A stretch of 61,977 bases of DNA, counting the filler, from Babesia bigemina (lineage: Eukaryota), in NCBI RefSeq assembly GCF_000981445.1. It is 7 parts of 7 records of this genome, joined end to end, with 100 filler letters (N's around TTAATTAATTAA, not from the genome) between each part and the next. Parts side by side here need not be neighbours in the genome. Positions count along the whole stretch, not along the records: positions 1 to 6,577 come from NW_012237234.1; positions 6,678 to 21,280 come from NW_012237235.1; 5 more parts are not named here. One strand, written 5' to 3'. A program made the position numbers and the translations under genes. The notes beneath the pieces were generated by a model. That model saw only the letters and a list, made by a program, of their open reading frames with translations, had not been told where the DNA came from and did no database searches. The first letter of the stretch is position 1, and the number at the start of each line of letters is the position of its first letter. Below are positions 1 to 10,700 of this stretch, in pieces.

Positions 1-3000
1 CCCATCATCGTATGCGACGCGGTGGCACCGATATCAGCGAAGCCCATTGGCGTCCTGCACGGCATACCAGGTGTACTACCACACGTGCCACATGACAGAC
101 TCGATCCCCTAGCCGTAACCGAATGCGGCAGGTGGCCCTTCAAACCGTCCTCCAAGAACGATTGCAGTGGCGACTTGACGCCCCAGTTGGGATACTGCCC
201 ACCCGTTTGGTCACCACTTTGGTCGTGCCTTTGGTCGCAGTCTTGCTTAGGGCACTGCTTTGTGTTGCACTGCCAGCCTGACCCACCGATGTACCTGCCG
301 TAGTGACAGTCCTTCCAGCCGCTGAGCTGAGTTGTAAGTTGACACTGCTGCAGCAGGAAGTACAGCTGGTGGTAGAGGCGCTTGAGCAGGTCGAACAACG
401 TGCACAGCAGCTGAATCATATTGGTAGGGTAATCTAATTTTAGCGAGTTGCTAGAGAACTCACACGCGTAAATTCCGTCCTTGTGACCGTGACCTAGGAT
501 AGCGGTGAGGACGGCGTGGGAGTTGGCAGACACATAGTAGAGCTCCGCTTCTACGTCACCGTATTTGATTGGATATGGGTGCGCTTCGAAGGGCTGCAGC
601 TTCTTCTCACCCGGCCTTTCCTTGTCCTCCTTCATGAACTCAGACCTAACTTGCGCCTTGAGCTTCTCGTATACGGGGTTGAACTGCAGGCCGTTGCACC
701 AGACGAGAATTTCGTAAATGGAGCAAGGAGCCCTGGGTTTCTCAATACGGGTTAGGTGGCATACAGCGAAGTACGTCTGTAGGAAATCATAGAGTTTTCG
801 GATGAGACCACTTTCCTCCGCGACGGTTACACCTAGCTCGTCCGACCCGGATGCCGATCGAGGAATGTCGGTGACGGGAGATGACAGTTGACTGAACAAA
901 TTATGCGTTTTATTGTTAAGGTGCGCAAGAATGCTGCTACCGTTGAAGTCACGTTTGTGATTGAGTTCGCCGTGCTCAGCGTTTGGAGGACGATGGACGT
1001 CATACCCGTTGTCGCGGAAGAAGAGAGCGTGGAGGTTGGAGGTGCCGTCAGCTCGGTGATAGATTTTGTGGCCATCCCAACTGCTGTATTCGAGTCCATG
1101 CTTGAGTTCAGTTAGAGCGTCGTATAAGATGGGCGTGATGGTCCAACAGATTTTGGCGTAGTGTCCCCGTTCCTCGTCTTGCCATTGCCTCCCGGAGTAA
1201 CTGCTCACGTATGCTTTTTTGAGCTCCTCGACGAGAGGGGTGAAGCCTGCTTTCAGAGCATTGAGGAGTAAGGGGCACTTGGCTTCGCCGTAGGTAGCGG
1301 GCTTGAAGGAAGTGACAGCATTACTGAGGGCATCGAGGTTTTTGGTGAAGACATGATCGAAGTGTTGTGAAGCAGCGAGTGTAGTAAGCAGATTGGTCAG
1401 AGCCGCATCCGAAGCCTTAATGTTTTTGAAGTCGGAAGGAAAATCCGATTGCGTTTTTAACGCGTCGAGGAAGGCCCTGAATGCGTTTTTGAATATATTT
1501 GTCCCCTTCCTCAGCGGGGACTCTGCTTCAGAGGATGCCTCGTCCGGAATACTTCCCATTGGTTTCACTGTCGTGATAAATTTAGTTTCCATGTTCATCA
1601 TGAAGCCCTTGTGACCCGTAGTCAGATCGTTATTGATGGCGTGTGGCAGATTGTTCAACTGATTCTCAACCGCTACGGCGAACTCTAGCAGGATCTCTTT
1701 CACTGACGTGACGTAGTTCTTGTTGACTTGGGTGATGAGATCGTTCTGGGCTTCGTCGACGTTGGAGCTTACAACTCTGCCAATCGATGCGATTGTGGCC
1801 TGGGCTGTTGGATCGGCGCTGGTGAGGAAGTAGGTGGCCTCTGTTATGGCGTTCTTCAGATTTTCATTTTTCAGCGTGATGAGCTGATGTTTGATTCGTT
1901 TTATGCTGTTCTGGGCATCTTTGTAATCACGCTTAGACTCCTCGAAATACGTATTTTTTAAAAAATGCAGATGCGAATTGAGGCTTTCGCCAGCCTTGTT
2001 AACTGCCGCGCACAGTTTTTGGAACCTATCGGTAATCACATCAGCGTAGTGAACGATCGCCTCTTTAGCACCGTCAATTCCGGACAATTCATTTTGCACC
2101 TGCGTTTTGATGTCCGTGATCTTCTGTGGGAGGGCGCCTTTTAGCTCGTTTGCGTCACGTTCTGCGACGGCCAAACTATCTTGGTTAACTTGCTGTTTAT
2201 ATTGTTGTAAAACGCCTTCACCTGTCCGTTGAAGGTTAACTTTATGTTCATTGAGAGTTTCAGGTAACTGCTCCTCCAGCTTGCTCGTCACCCCCTTGAT
2301 CGCGGTGTCGACGGCGGCGGCGTGATTGGTGCCCGATCCGCCATTTGGTTTTCCAACTGCCGTTCTGAGATTGCTATACAGCATTGTGGCTATAGCAAGG
2401 GCATTATCAACTTCCTTTGCAATGCTAGTTCTACCTCCTACTCTCTTCCCGTTTAAAGCCAGCAATTCAAGCTCATTAGCAACTTGGCGAGAGGTGGCAA
2501 GGAGTTGATTGAGAGATGCCGATAAGGCTTCGGCAAGATAAAATCTCTCCGTTAAATGAAGGTCCTCGTCTTTCGCTATTTTTGTTTCTATTTCAGATAT
2601 TCTGATGCCGTTGTTTCTTATAATTTGATCGATCTTGTCTGCAAATGTACTACAACCTTCTTTGACTTTCTCGACATACCTCTTAACTTTGTCCGTATCT
2701 GCGGCATCGGCATTCACTTGCTGTATTCCCTGCTGAATGCTCTGGCCGGTGCTACTGATTTCATCATTAAGCGTTATTGCTATCGCGTTTTTCATTTGTT
2801 GTTTAACGGCATCCGCATCACCTCCTTTTAGATGATCGCGATTTTTTGTAATATAAGAGGAGACATGACTATGCACCGCCTTATTCGTTTTAAAGATTTC
2901 ATCGATCCATCCAAGCACTGTTGTGTTAAACATTATGCTGCCGCCGTACTGTGCGCTGGCATATGCTCTCACGCCACCCGCAATGCCACCAAGCCCCTTG

Positions 3001-4382
3001 TCGTCTCTTCCTCCTCCTTTAACTTCCCCGACTTTATCCCTGATCTTTCCCAGGATCCCATTTATATCCGTCGGCGCTTTGCCGTTGCTAATCTCATTGA
3101 ACTGCTCTCCAAGATTTTTGATCTTCTCATCAACCTGCTCGACTGCTTCCTTAATGGCCGTCTTCACCTTATACAAATCCTTCTTCAGCTCGCTATCCAT
3201 TTCTTTTACCTGCGTAAGCGCCTCCTTCACTTTTTCCTGCACAGCGTTAATAGCATTCTGCCCAGCACCGTGGAGCACTCCGGCTTCTGTTTTGATATGG
3301 CCGGCTGCCTGATTGATTTCACTCGGTTTCTTATATGAATCCTTTTCGTCCATCTCTCCCATTATTGTATCCATGTCTTTCTGCATCTCTCTACCAATAA
3401 AACTTTCCACTTTGGTAATCCATTGCGCCAATTCGTTGATATATTTTTCCAAGTCGCTGCTAATCTGCTTGAGTTTGTCTAAAATTTTCTGCACCCTCAA
3501 TTTCAAACCCTTAACAAGCTTATCTATATCGTCACCCACCTGCTTGTTTATGCAGTTCTTGAGATTGCGAAAACTTGTCTTAATCTTCTCCGTCGTCTCC
3601 TTCAACTCAGCGTCTTTCCGCTTATGCACGCTGGCCAGCCGCTGGCTCTCGTACTCAACAAGCTTACGAACATGCAACACTTTGTCACGCAACTTATCAT
3701 TAAGGTCATATATATTCTTTTTCATCTTAGTGTTGTTATTTGCCTTGGGGTCCAGGAATTCCGCACACCTCTTGCTCCTCTCTGTGGCCTCCTTCAGCCG
3801 GTCCCCGCAGGACCTTACGGCGTCGGCCAGCTGGGGATCCAGATCATGTTTGTCAACCTGAATCTTATTAATGCTAGTAATCAACTCACCTCCATTTTTC
3901 TTGGTGTAGTCGAGAAGTTTTTTAAGCGGCTCAATCACAGCTTCATTAGAAGACTTTACATTAGCATTATACCCCCGCACCCCTGCGACCACACTTCCAA
4001 TCGCAGCACTAAAACCTTTTTTACCGCCGTGTTTATTGGTGTTAAGAGCTTCAATCGCAATATTTATTTCATTTTTATGCTGCCCTAAGTGCTCTTTGAT
4101 GTTACTGAGAACACCACTCAAAAATCCCATCACCGCATCACACAGCCTGTCCAGGTCAGAGTAGACAATGCCCTGGCCAGTGTAGCCTTTGGAAGCAGAG
4201 TCGAAGCCTAGGAAAGTCTGAAGGCCAGTACACAGGTTATTAAGTATGTTAGTAGGGTTATTATTTGAGGTATTTTTCGGGTTCAAAATTTTATCAAATT
4301 TCTTGTCAAGCTCCCTAGGCGGCACATGGTCAGGGCAGTGGCAAGCGGTGGAAGAGGGAAGTGAAGGGTGACAAGGCACAAG
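1..4382 (-). CDS. ves1: VESA/ves-like variant surface antigen G1 (3' end runs off the window; first in-frame ATG at 4130, MGFLSGVL)
   Basis: Minus frame opens after TAA at 4383-4385 and reads ...CHCPDHVPPRELDKKF...GIVYSDLDRLCDAVMGFLSGVLSNIKEHLGQH. The same frame at the window start reads ...PCRTPMGFADIGATASH, matching the Cys-rich domain of paralogs. It is absent from the ORF track, consistent with no stop before the window edge. Confidence 0.85.
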
Positions 4383-4434
4383 TTATTATCATGGTTTATA
4401 GAGGTCATAGCGGTATTATGGCGAGGTGATTCGA

Positions 4435-5263
4435 GCGATCAGAGGAGGTTAAGGGGCGATGTAGAGTGGGTTAAGGGGCGATGTAGAGTGGATAAAGGGG
4501 CGATGTAGAGTGCGTATAAGGGCGATGTAGAGTGGGTTAAGGAGCGATGTAGAGTGGATAAAGGGGCGATGTAGAGTGGGTTAAGGGGCGATGTAGAGTG
4601 GGTTAAGGAGCGATGTAGAGTGGATAAAGGGGCGATGTAGAGTGGGTAAAGGAGCGATGTAGAGTGGATAAAGGGGCGATGTAGAGTGGGTAAAGGAGCG
4701 ATGTAGAGTGGATAAAGGGGCGATGTAGAGTTGGTAAAGGAGCGATGTAGAGTGGGTAAGGAAGCGATGTAGAGTTGGTAAAGGGGCGATGTGGAGTGGA
4801 TAAAGGGGCGATGTACAGTGGGTTAAGGAGCGATGTAGAGTGGATAAAGGGGCGATGTAGAGTGGATTAGGGAGCGATGTAGAGTGGATTAGGGAGCGAT
4901 GTAGAGTGCGTATAAGGGCGATGTAGAGTGGGTTAAGGAGCGATGTAGAGTGGATAAAGGGGCGATGTAGAGTGGGTTAAGGGGCGATGTAGAGTGGGTT
5001 AAGGAGCGATGTAGAGTGGATAAAGGGGCGATGTAGAGTGGGTTAAGGGGCGATGTAGAGTGGGTTAAGGAGCGATGTAGAGTGGATTAGGGAGCGATGT
5101 AGAGTGGGTAAAGGAGCGATGTGGAGTGGATAAAGGGGCGATGTAGAGTGGATAAGGGAGCGATGTAGAGTGGATAAAGGGGCGATGTAGAGTGGATAAA
5201 GGGGCGATGTAGAGTGGATAAAGGGGCGATGTAGAGTGGGTTAGAAAGCGATGTAGAGTGGAT
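4435..5263. repeat. 22-bp satellite (consensus GCGATGTAGAGTGGGTTAAGGG; variants ...GGGTTAGGGA, ...GGATAAAGGG)
   Basis: GATG recurs at 4458, 4480 and 4502 (period 22); G-rich on +, directly upstream of G1. Confidence 0.97.
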
Positions 5264-5300
5264 TGTAAATCACCACTTAGGTCAGGTGCTTGGTCACCAC

Positions 5301-5440
5301 TGTCATCGCTGCCGTGCCCATGTCATCGCTGCCGTGCCCATGTCATCGCTGCCGTGTCCATGTCATCGCTGCCGTAACCATGTCATCGCTGCCGTAACCA
5401 TGTCATCGCTGCCGTAACCATGTCATCGCTGCCGTGACCG
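5301..5440. repeat. 20-bp tandem repeat (TGTCATCGCTGCCGTGACCA-like)
   Basis: About 7 copies visible, period 20. Confidence 0.95.
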
Positions 5441-5845
5441 CTAACTTGGTCAGGTGCTTGGTCATGGCATTGGTCAGGTGCTTGGTCACCGCTTTGGTCA
5501 ACACGTTGGTCAGCACTTTGGTCAGCACGTTGGTCACCACCTTGGTCAGCACGTTGGTCACCACTTTGGTCATGGCATTGGTCAACACATTGGTCAACAC
5601 GTTGGTCAGCACTTTGGTCAACACTTTGGTCAGCACCTTGGTCAGCACTTTGGGCAGCACATTGGTCAGCACTTTGGTCACCACTTTGGTCATGGCATTG
5701 GTCAACACATTGGTCAACACGTTGGTCAGCACTTTGGTCAACACTTTGGTCAGCACCTTGGTCAGCACTTTGGGCAGCACATTGGTCAGCACTTTGGTCA
5801 ACACGTTGGTCAGCACTTTGGTCACCACCTTGGTCAGCACTTTAG
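5441..5845. repeat. 12-bp tandem repeat (TTGGTCAGCACT-like)
   Basis: TTGGTCA recurs every 12 nt; internal 120-bp duplication (5581-5680 = 5701-5800). Confidence 0.95.
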
Positions 5846-5965
5846 TTAACTAATACACCATCACATACAACGATTAATGAGTGATTCATAACATTAGACA
5901 ACAATGAGTTGTATAGGTGAGTAGGTGATGCTAGGTGAGTGTAGGTAGTAAACACGTGAGTACGA

Positions 5966-6577
5966 TTATGGTTGCAGATAAAACACTTTGTTAAGCTTGT
6001 TAACACGTGCAGCAGCGAGTAGTGATTGAGCGGCAATCCTATGACTCGAGGGACTATGTAGATGCGATTTGATGTGGAGGAGGTCGAGGCGTATGACCAT
6101 GATGTGGGTGAGGTACATAAAGAGAGGAGCCAGAGGGCCAATACGGTGATTGAGACATTGAATCTGGTAGCCCATAAAAAGTCGTCGATTCGTCCGCGTA
6201 GTGTTATGAGCACAGAACCTTCAGCAAGCATCTTTTTCAACGCTTCGCAGAAATCTTTGCACGTCCCTTTAGCCCTTTCATTATTACCAGAGCCATTAAG
6301 TCCCCATGGATGTCCGAAGGTAAACCGTATCTGTACAGGGTAAGGTGAGTGTCACGGCAAGTGACAATTGACTTCATTCCAGCTTATGGGACTTATCTTT
6401 TAGCAATTTCATTTTCTGGTTATCATCCGAAACCTTATCCTCCATTGCTCAACACACCTCTTCAATGGCATTTACTACCACCGGGTCCAATTTTCTTGAA
6501 CAGTCACATATAATTTCTTAACCAATCCAAAATTCCTCCGGAAGTACCGATCCCCGACAATGGTTGGCCTTAGTTCG
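5966..6577 (-). pseudogene. ves-like 3' fragment G2, frameshifted (pseudogene or low-quality contig end)
   Basis: Tail IMVIRLDLLHIKSHLHSPSSHRIAAQSLLAAARVNKLNKVFYLQP is in one frame and TCKDFCEALKKML...VLALWLLSL is in another. Single-base losses near 6118 and 6322; the fragment abuts a gap. Confidence 0.7.
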
Positions 6578-6677
6578 NNNNNNNNNNNNNNNNNNNNNNN
6601 NNNNNNNNNNNNNNNNNNNNNTTAATTAATTAANNNNNNNNNNNNNNNNNNNNNNNNNNNNNNNNNNNNNNNNNNNN
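6578..6677. other. Assembly gap with TTAATTAATTAA linker
   Basis: 100-nt N run with a central six-frame-stop linker; identical structure at five other places. Confidence 0.98.
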
Positions 6678-7043
6678 AGCGATGTAGAGTGGATAAAGGG
6701 GCGATGTGGAGTGGCTAAAGGGGCGATGTAGAGTGGGTTAAGGGGCGATGTAGAGTGGATAAAGGGGCGATGTAGAGTGGATAAGGGGCGATGTAGAGTG
6801 GGTAAAGGGGCGATGTACAGTGGGTTAGGGAGCGATGTACAGTGGATCAAGGGGCGATGTAGAGTGGGTAAAGGGGCGATGTAGAGTGGGTTAAGGGGCG
6901 ATGTAGAGTGGATAAGGGGCGATGTGGAGTGGATAAGGAGCGATGTAGAGTGGGTTAAGGGGCGATGTAGAGTGGGTAAGGGAGCGATGGAGAGTGCGTA
7001 AAGGGGCGATGTAGAGTGGGTAAAGGGGCGATGTGGAGTGGAT
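6678..7043. repeat. 22-bp satellite
   Basis: Same unit as 4435-5263, G-rich on +. Confidence 0.96.
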
Positions 7044-7155
7044 GATAATCATCACTCTAGTCAGGTGCTTGGTCACCACTTAGGTCAGATGCTTGGTCAC
7101 CATGTCATCGCTGCCGTGACCACTAACTTGGTCAGGTGCTTGGTCAGCACGTTGC

Positions 7156-7590
7156 TTGCGTGCCAGCTTATCACTTTGCCTGGTTGCTAGGTTACCACGT
7201 TGCCTGGGTGCTAGGTTAGCACTTTGCCTGGTTGCTTGCTTAGCACTTTGCCTGGGTGCTAGGTTAACAAGTTGCCTGGGTGCTAGGTTACCACGTTGCC
7301 TGTGTGCTATCTTAGCACTTAGCCTGGTTGCTAGCTTACCACTTTGCCTGGTTGCCAGCTTAGCACTTCGCCTGTGTGCCAGCTTAGCACTTTGCCTGGG
7401 TGCCAGCTTAGCACTTTGCCTGTGTGCCAGCTTAGCACTTTGCCCGGTTGCTAGCTCAGCACTTTGCCTGGGTGCTAGGTCAACACGTTGCCTGGTTGCT
7501 AGCCTACCACGTTGCCTGGGTGCTTGCCTAGCACTTTGCCTGGTTGCTAGCTTAGCACGTTGCCTGGTTGCTAGCTTAGCACTTAGCTTT
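7156..7590. repeat. 24-bp tandem repeat (TAGCACTTTGCCTGGTTGCTAGCT-like)
   Basis: TTGCCTG recurs at ~24-nt spacing; lies downstream of G3. Confidence 0.92.
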
Positions 7591-7732
7591 GCTGTTCACT
7601 CATCACCTAATCTAGGTGCTATCTAGTTCACACGTTACCCCTTGAGTAATTCGAGACATTAGACTACGTTTGTCAGTTAGGTGAGTAGGTGATATGCTAG
7701 GTGAGTTGTGTGAATTACAGACGTGAATACAA

Positions 7733-10700
7733 TTACGGTTGCAGGTACGATATTTTGGCAAGCCTTCCGACTTGCGCTGCTGCCAACAATGACTGCGCTG
7801 TAATATTGTGCGACGACGGTATTCTCAGGTGTGAGCGTATGTGGAGCACATCCAGCCTGCCAACCATGACGCAGATGAGGTAGAAAAGGGACAGCGACCA
7901 GAGCGCGACGTTGAGCCAGATGAAGGGGGCTCTGATTGTGAATATGAATTCGTCGCATTCAGTAAATAACGTTTCGAAGCATTTTGATTTTAGGAGGTTT
8001 TGCAATTGCGTATAGAAACTGCGGCAATATTTCCTTTCTGTAACATGTAATACTTTGCTGTTACCGAATGTAAAACCATATTGGTAAAACGTCGGAAGAA
8101 CGCCACGACAGCCCACTAATGACTTGCACTTGCAATTGAATTCCACGCCGTGCTTTCCTGGTTTGCATAGACATTTAGTGCAACCGGAACTCCCACAATC
8201 GATCTGCTGAAAAACTTCAAACAACGATTTCAGGTAATTGTACAGCGTCCATGGCAAATAGATGGCCCATGACAGGTATAAGTTGGCATGTCTTTTACTT
8301 AGGTAATAGTACGCATCGCAAGAAGTTGAAGAGAGGTATGGAGCGCAGTTATTTGCTCCCGTACAGGGGTTCATTTTCGATAAACTCAACAACTCCACTT
8401 TTCCAGCTTCACTATGCTTAGAATCATGAGCACTCTGCGCGCTGCCATACGCATCGCATAGCGCATTCCTCAGCGTTTGATGCGTGGTGTACAATTCAAT
8501 CGATTGTTTGGTAATGCAATCGTTTAACCAAGCGATCACGGAATGATTGCCGTTGCTATTCCAGGCTTTCACTAAGCGCAAGGCAAACTGGAAGTGTTCC
8601 GGCAGCGTGGACGGTGGTGTAGGTAACAGAGAAAAGAGGCATGAAGTATACGGCTCACCGAGGAATTTGGTCAGCACGTTGCCTAGCTCTTTGCCTGTCT
8701 TCGTACTACCTGAGAAACCCCTAAAGCCAAGGGGCGTCAAACACGGCTGCCCAGGTTGCTTTTGGGGGCAGTTGCTGCATACTGTTTTGCAGCCGATTGC
8801 AGTAACGTGATGTGGTAAATGGCCGGGTAGTGTGTCACTTAAGTACGACATCAGCGGCGATTTCGGCAGGCAGTCGGATTCTTTGTCAGTGAGATGCTTA
8901 TCACATTGCCAGTTGGCAGGCTGGATGGCTTTGCCATAATTGCAGTCGCTCCAACCGTAATATTTAGTACTCGTCTTGCACTGACTTTCCATGAATCTGA
9001 ACACGGGGAACAATCTACGAAGGATGTCGATGAACATACCTAGGCAATCTTCGCCGCTTGGAGGGTAGTGGAAATTCAGCTTGTTATTGGCATAGTCACA
9101 GGCGTACATGGTGTCCGCATCCCCGTTGCCGACGATGGTGGTTAACACATCATATGACGTTGACGTAATATGCTCTATTGCTGACAGTACCTCATTATAC
9201 GTGATGCCTCTCGGGTGCGCTTCTAGAACGACAGAGGTTATCTCCGTGGCGCTTTCCCCTTCAGTGACCTTCTTATCCGAATCATCGAAGAAATCAGAAA
9301 TGGTTTGGTCACGCATCGTCTGATACGCCGTGGTGTACTGTAAACCGGATAGCCAAATCAACATCTCATAAACGGAGCATGGACGCCGACGTGCGGAGAA
9401 AGTAGATATGAGGCAGACTTCATTGTACGTCTCAAGATATGTGTAAATTTCGGAAGCAACATCTATCAATCTAAAGTTGTAAGTTGGGGACAAATTTTCA
9501 GCTACGAGTTTTGTAACAATCCAGCTACCGTTGCACTTTTCTATATTCCTCAACTGACCGTCTTGTATCTTCTCTGTCGTAGCAACAACGAAACCGCAGT
9601 TTTTCAGAATATCACCAAGTTCCGTGTATTCGTTAATTTTATCATCTTTGCAATCTCTATCACACTTACTGCCGAGGTGCTTTAAGTTTCCGAACAACGT
9701 AGGAAGCGCGCTTAAAAACACTTTAGCGCAGCGGTTAGCGTCGTCGGTTAAGCTCTCCGTTCTTGCGTCGACCAATATCATACCGTCTGAGCCTCCTTCA
9801 TACTTGTTCACGTACGCCTTCCCAAGTTCCCTTGCCAAACCGCTGATGCCGTCCTTGAACGCCTGGAGGATGGGACTGGAACTTTCGCCGAATTTTGTGG
9901 GAGTGAAGGCGGACAGGGCGGAGGTGAGGGAACGGAGGTTATCGGTGAATTTGTGGTCGAAGTGATTGGAGTCTATGATTCCGGCGAGCAGAATTGTAAC
10001 GGCGTCATACAAAGTATTGTACGTAGAACGCTCAGGGAACATGGCGTCTTTAGGGATATAAGTAGCAAAGTCTTGTACGTCTTTCCGTTGGTTTTCGAAT
10101 CGTTCGAAGAATTCCTCAAAGCTAACAAATACTTTTTCACAGCCTTCTTTCAGTTTAGCGGTGGACGTATTGACATTCTTCACTTTATTAACAAATACTT
10201 TATTAAATAATTTCAAAAATCCTTTTACTCCTGTTAAACCGTCTAGGTCAATTAGCCCTTCAATTTTCTCGTACTGCTTCTCAACCGCGTTGTTAAGAAT
10301 GCTCATGCCGTGGATGCGAGAGTCGATGTACTGCTTCTCGGCCTGGGCGATTATGGTTTCAGTTGCTTGTTTGATTGCACTGTTCACATAATTGGTGAGA
10401 GAGAGAATTGTTTGCCCACCAAACTTGTCGGCACCTTCACTGATAAATCTTCCAGCGTCGTGCATTACGTCCTTCAATTCCTTAATTCGGAGACTTTCAA
10501 GTCTCGTTGTAATTGCTTTAAGTTTTGTGTCAATGCTTATTTGTGTGAGATTTGTCAAATCCGAACGGATATGTCCGCCTTCGTCGGCAAATATCTTTAT
10601 TAAAGTTTCTAGATTATCCGTGATCTGCTGGAACAGAATGTGTAAGGTCCCTTCTTCGATCTTCGCACCGCTTTCAAGAGCAGCTTTACTTTTCACGTAT

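Noticed and set aside
2326..4088. Short + strand ORFs here and similar antisense ORFs over all ves genes
   Set aside because: Antisense shadows of the long coding frames.
4435..5845. CRISPR-like appearance of the short regular repeats
   Set aside because: Units are directly adjacent with no unique spacers, there are no cas genes, and the context is eukaryotic.
5403..5853. VLTK/LVST/GQHF and LHRP/IAP repeat ORFs (also 13850-14111, 34088-34433, 45695-46373, 7156-7626)
   Set aside because: By-products of stop-poor tandem repeats that are open in several frames; no independent coding evidence.
6622..6633. TTAATTAATTAA palindrome repeated six times in the window
   Set aside because: Always centred in a 100-nt N run; an artificial scaffold linker with stops in all frames.
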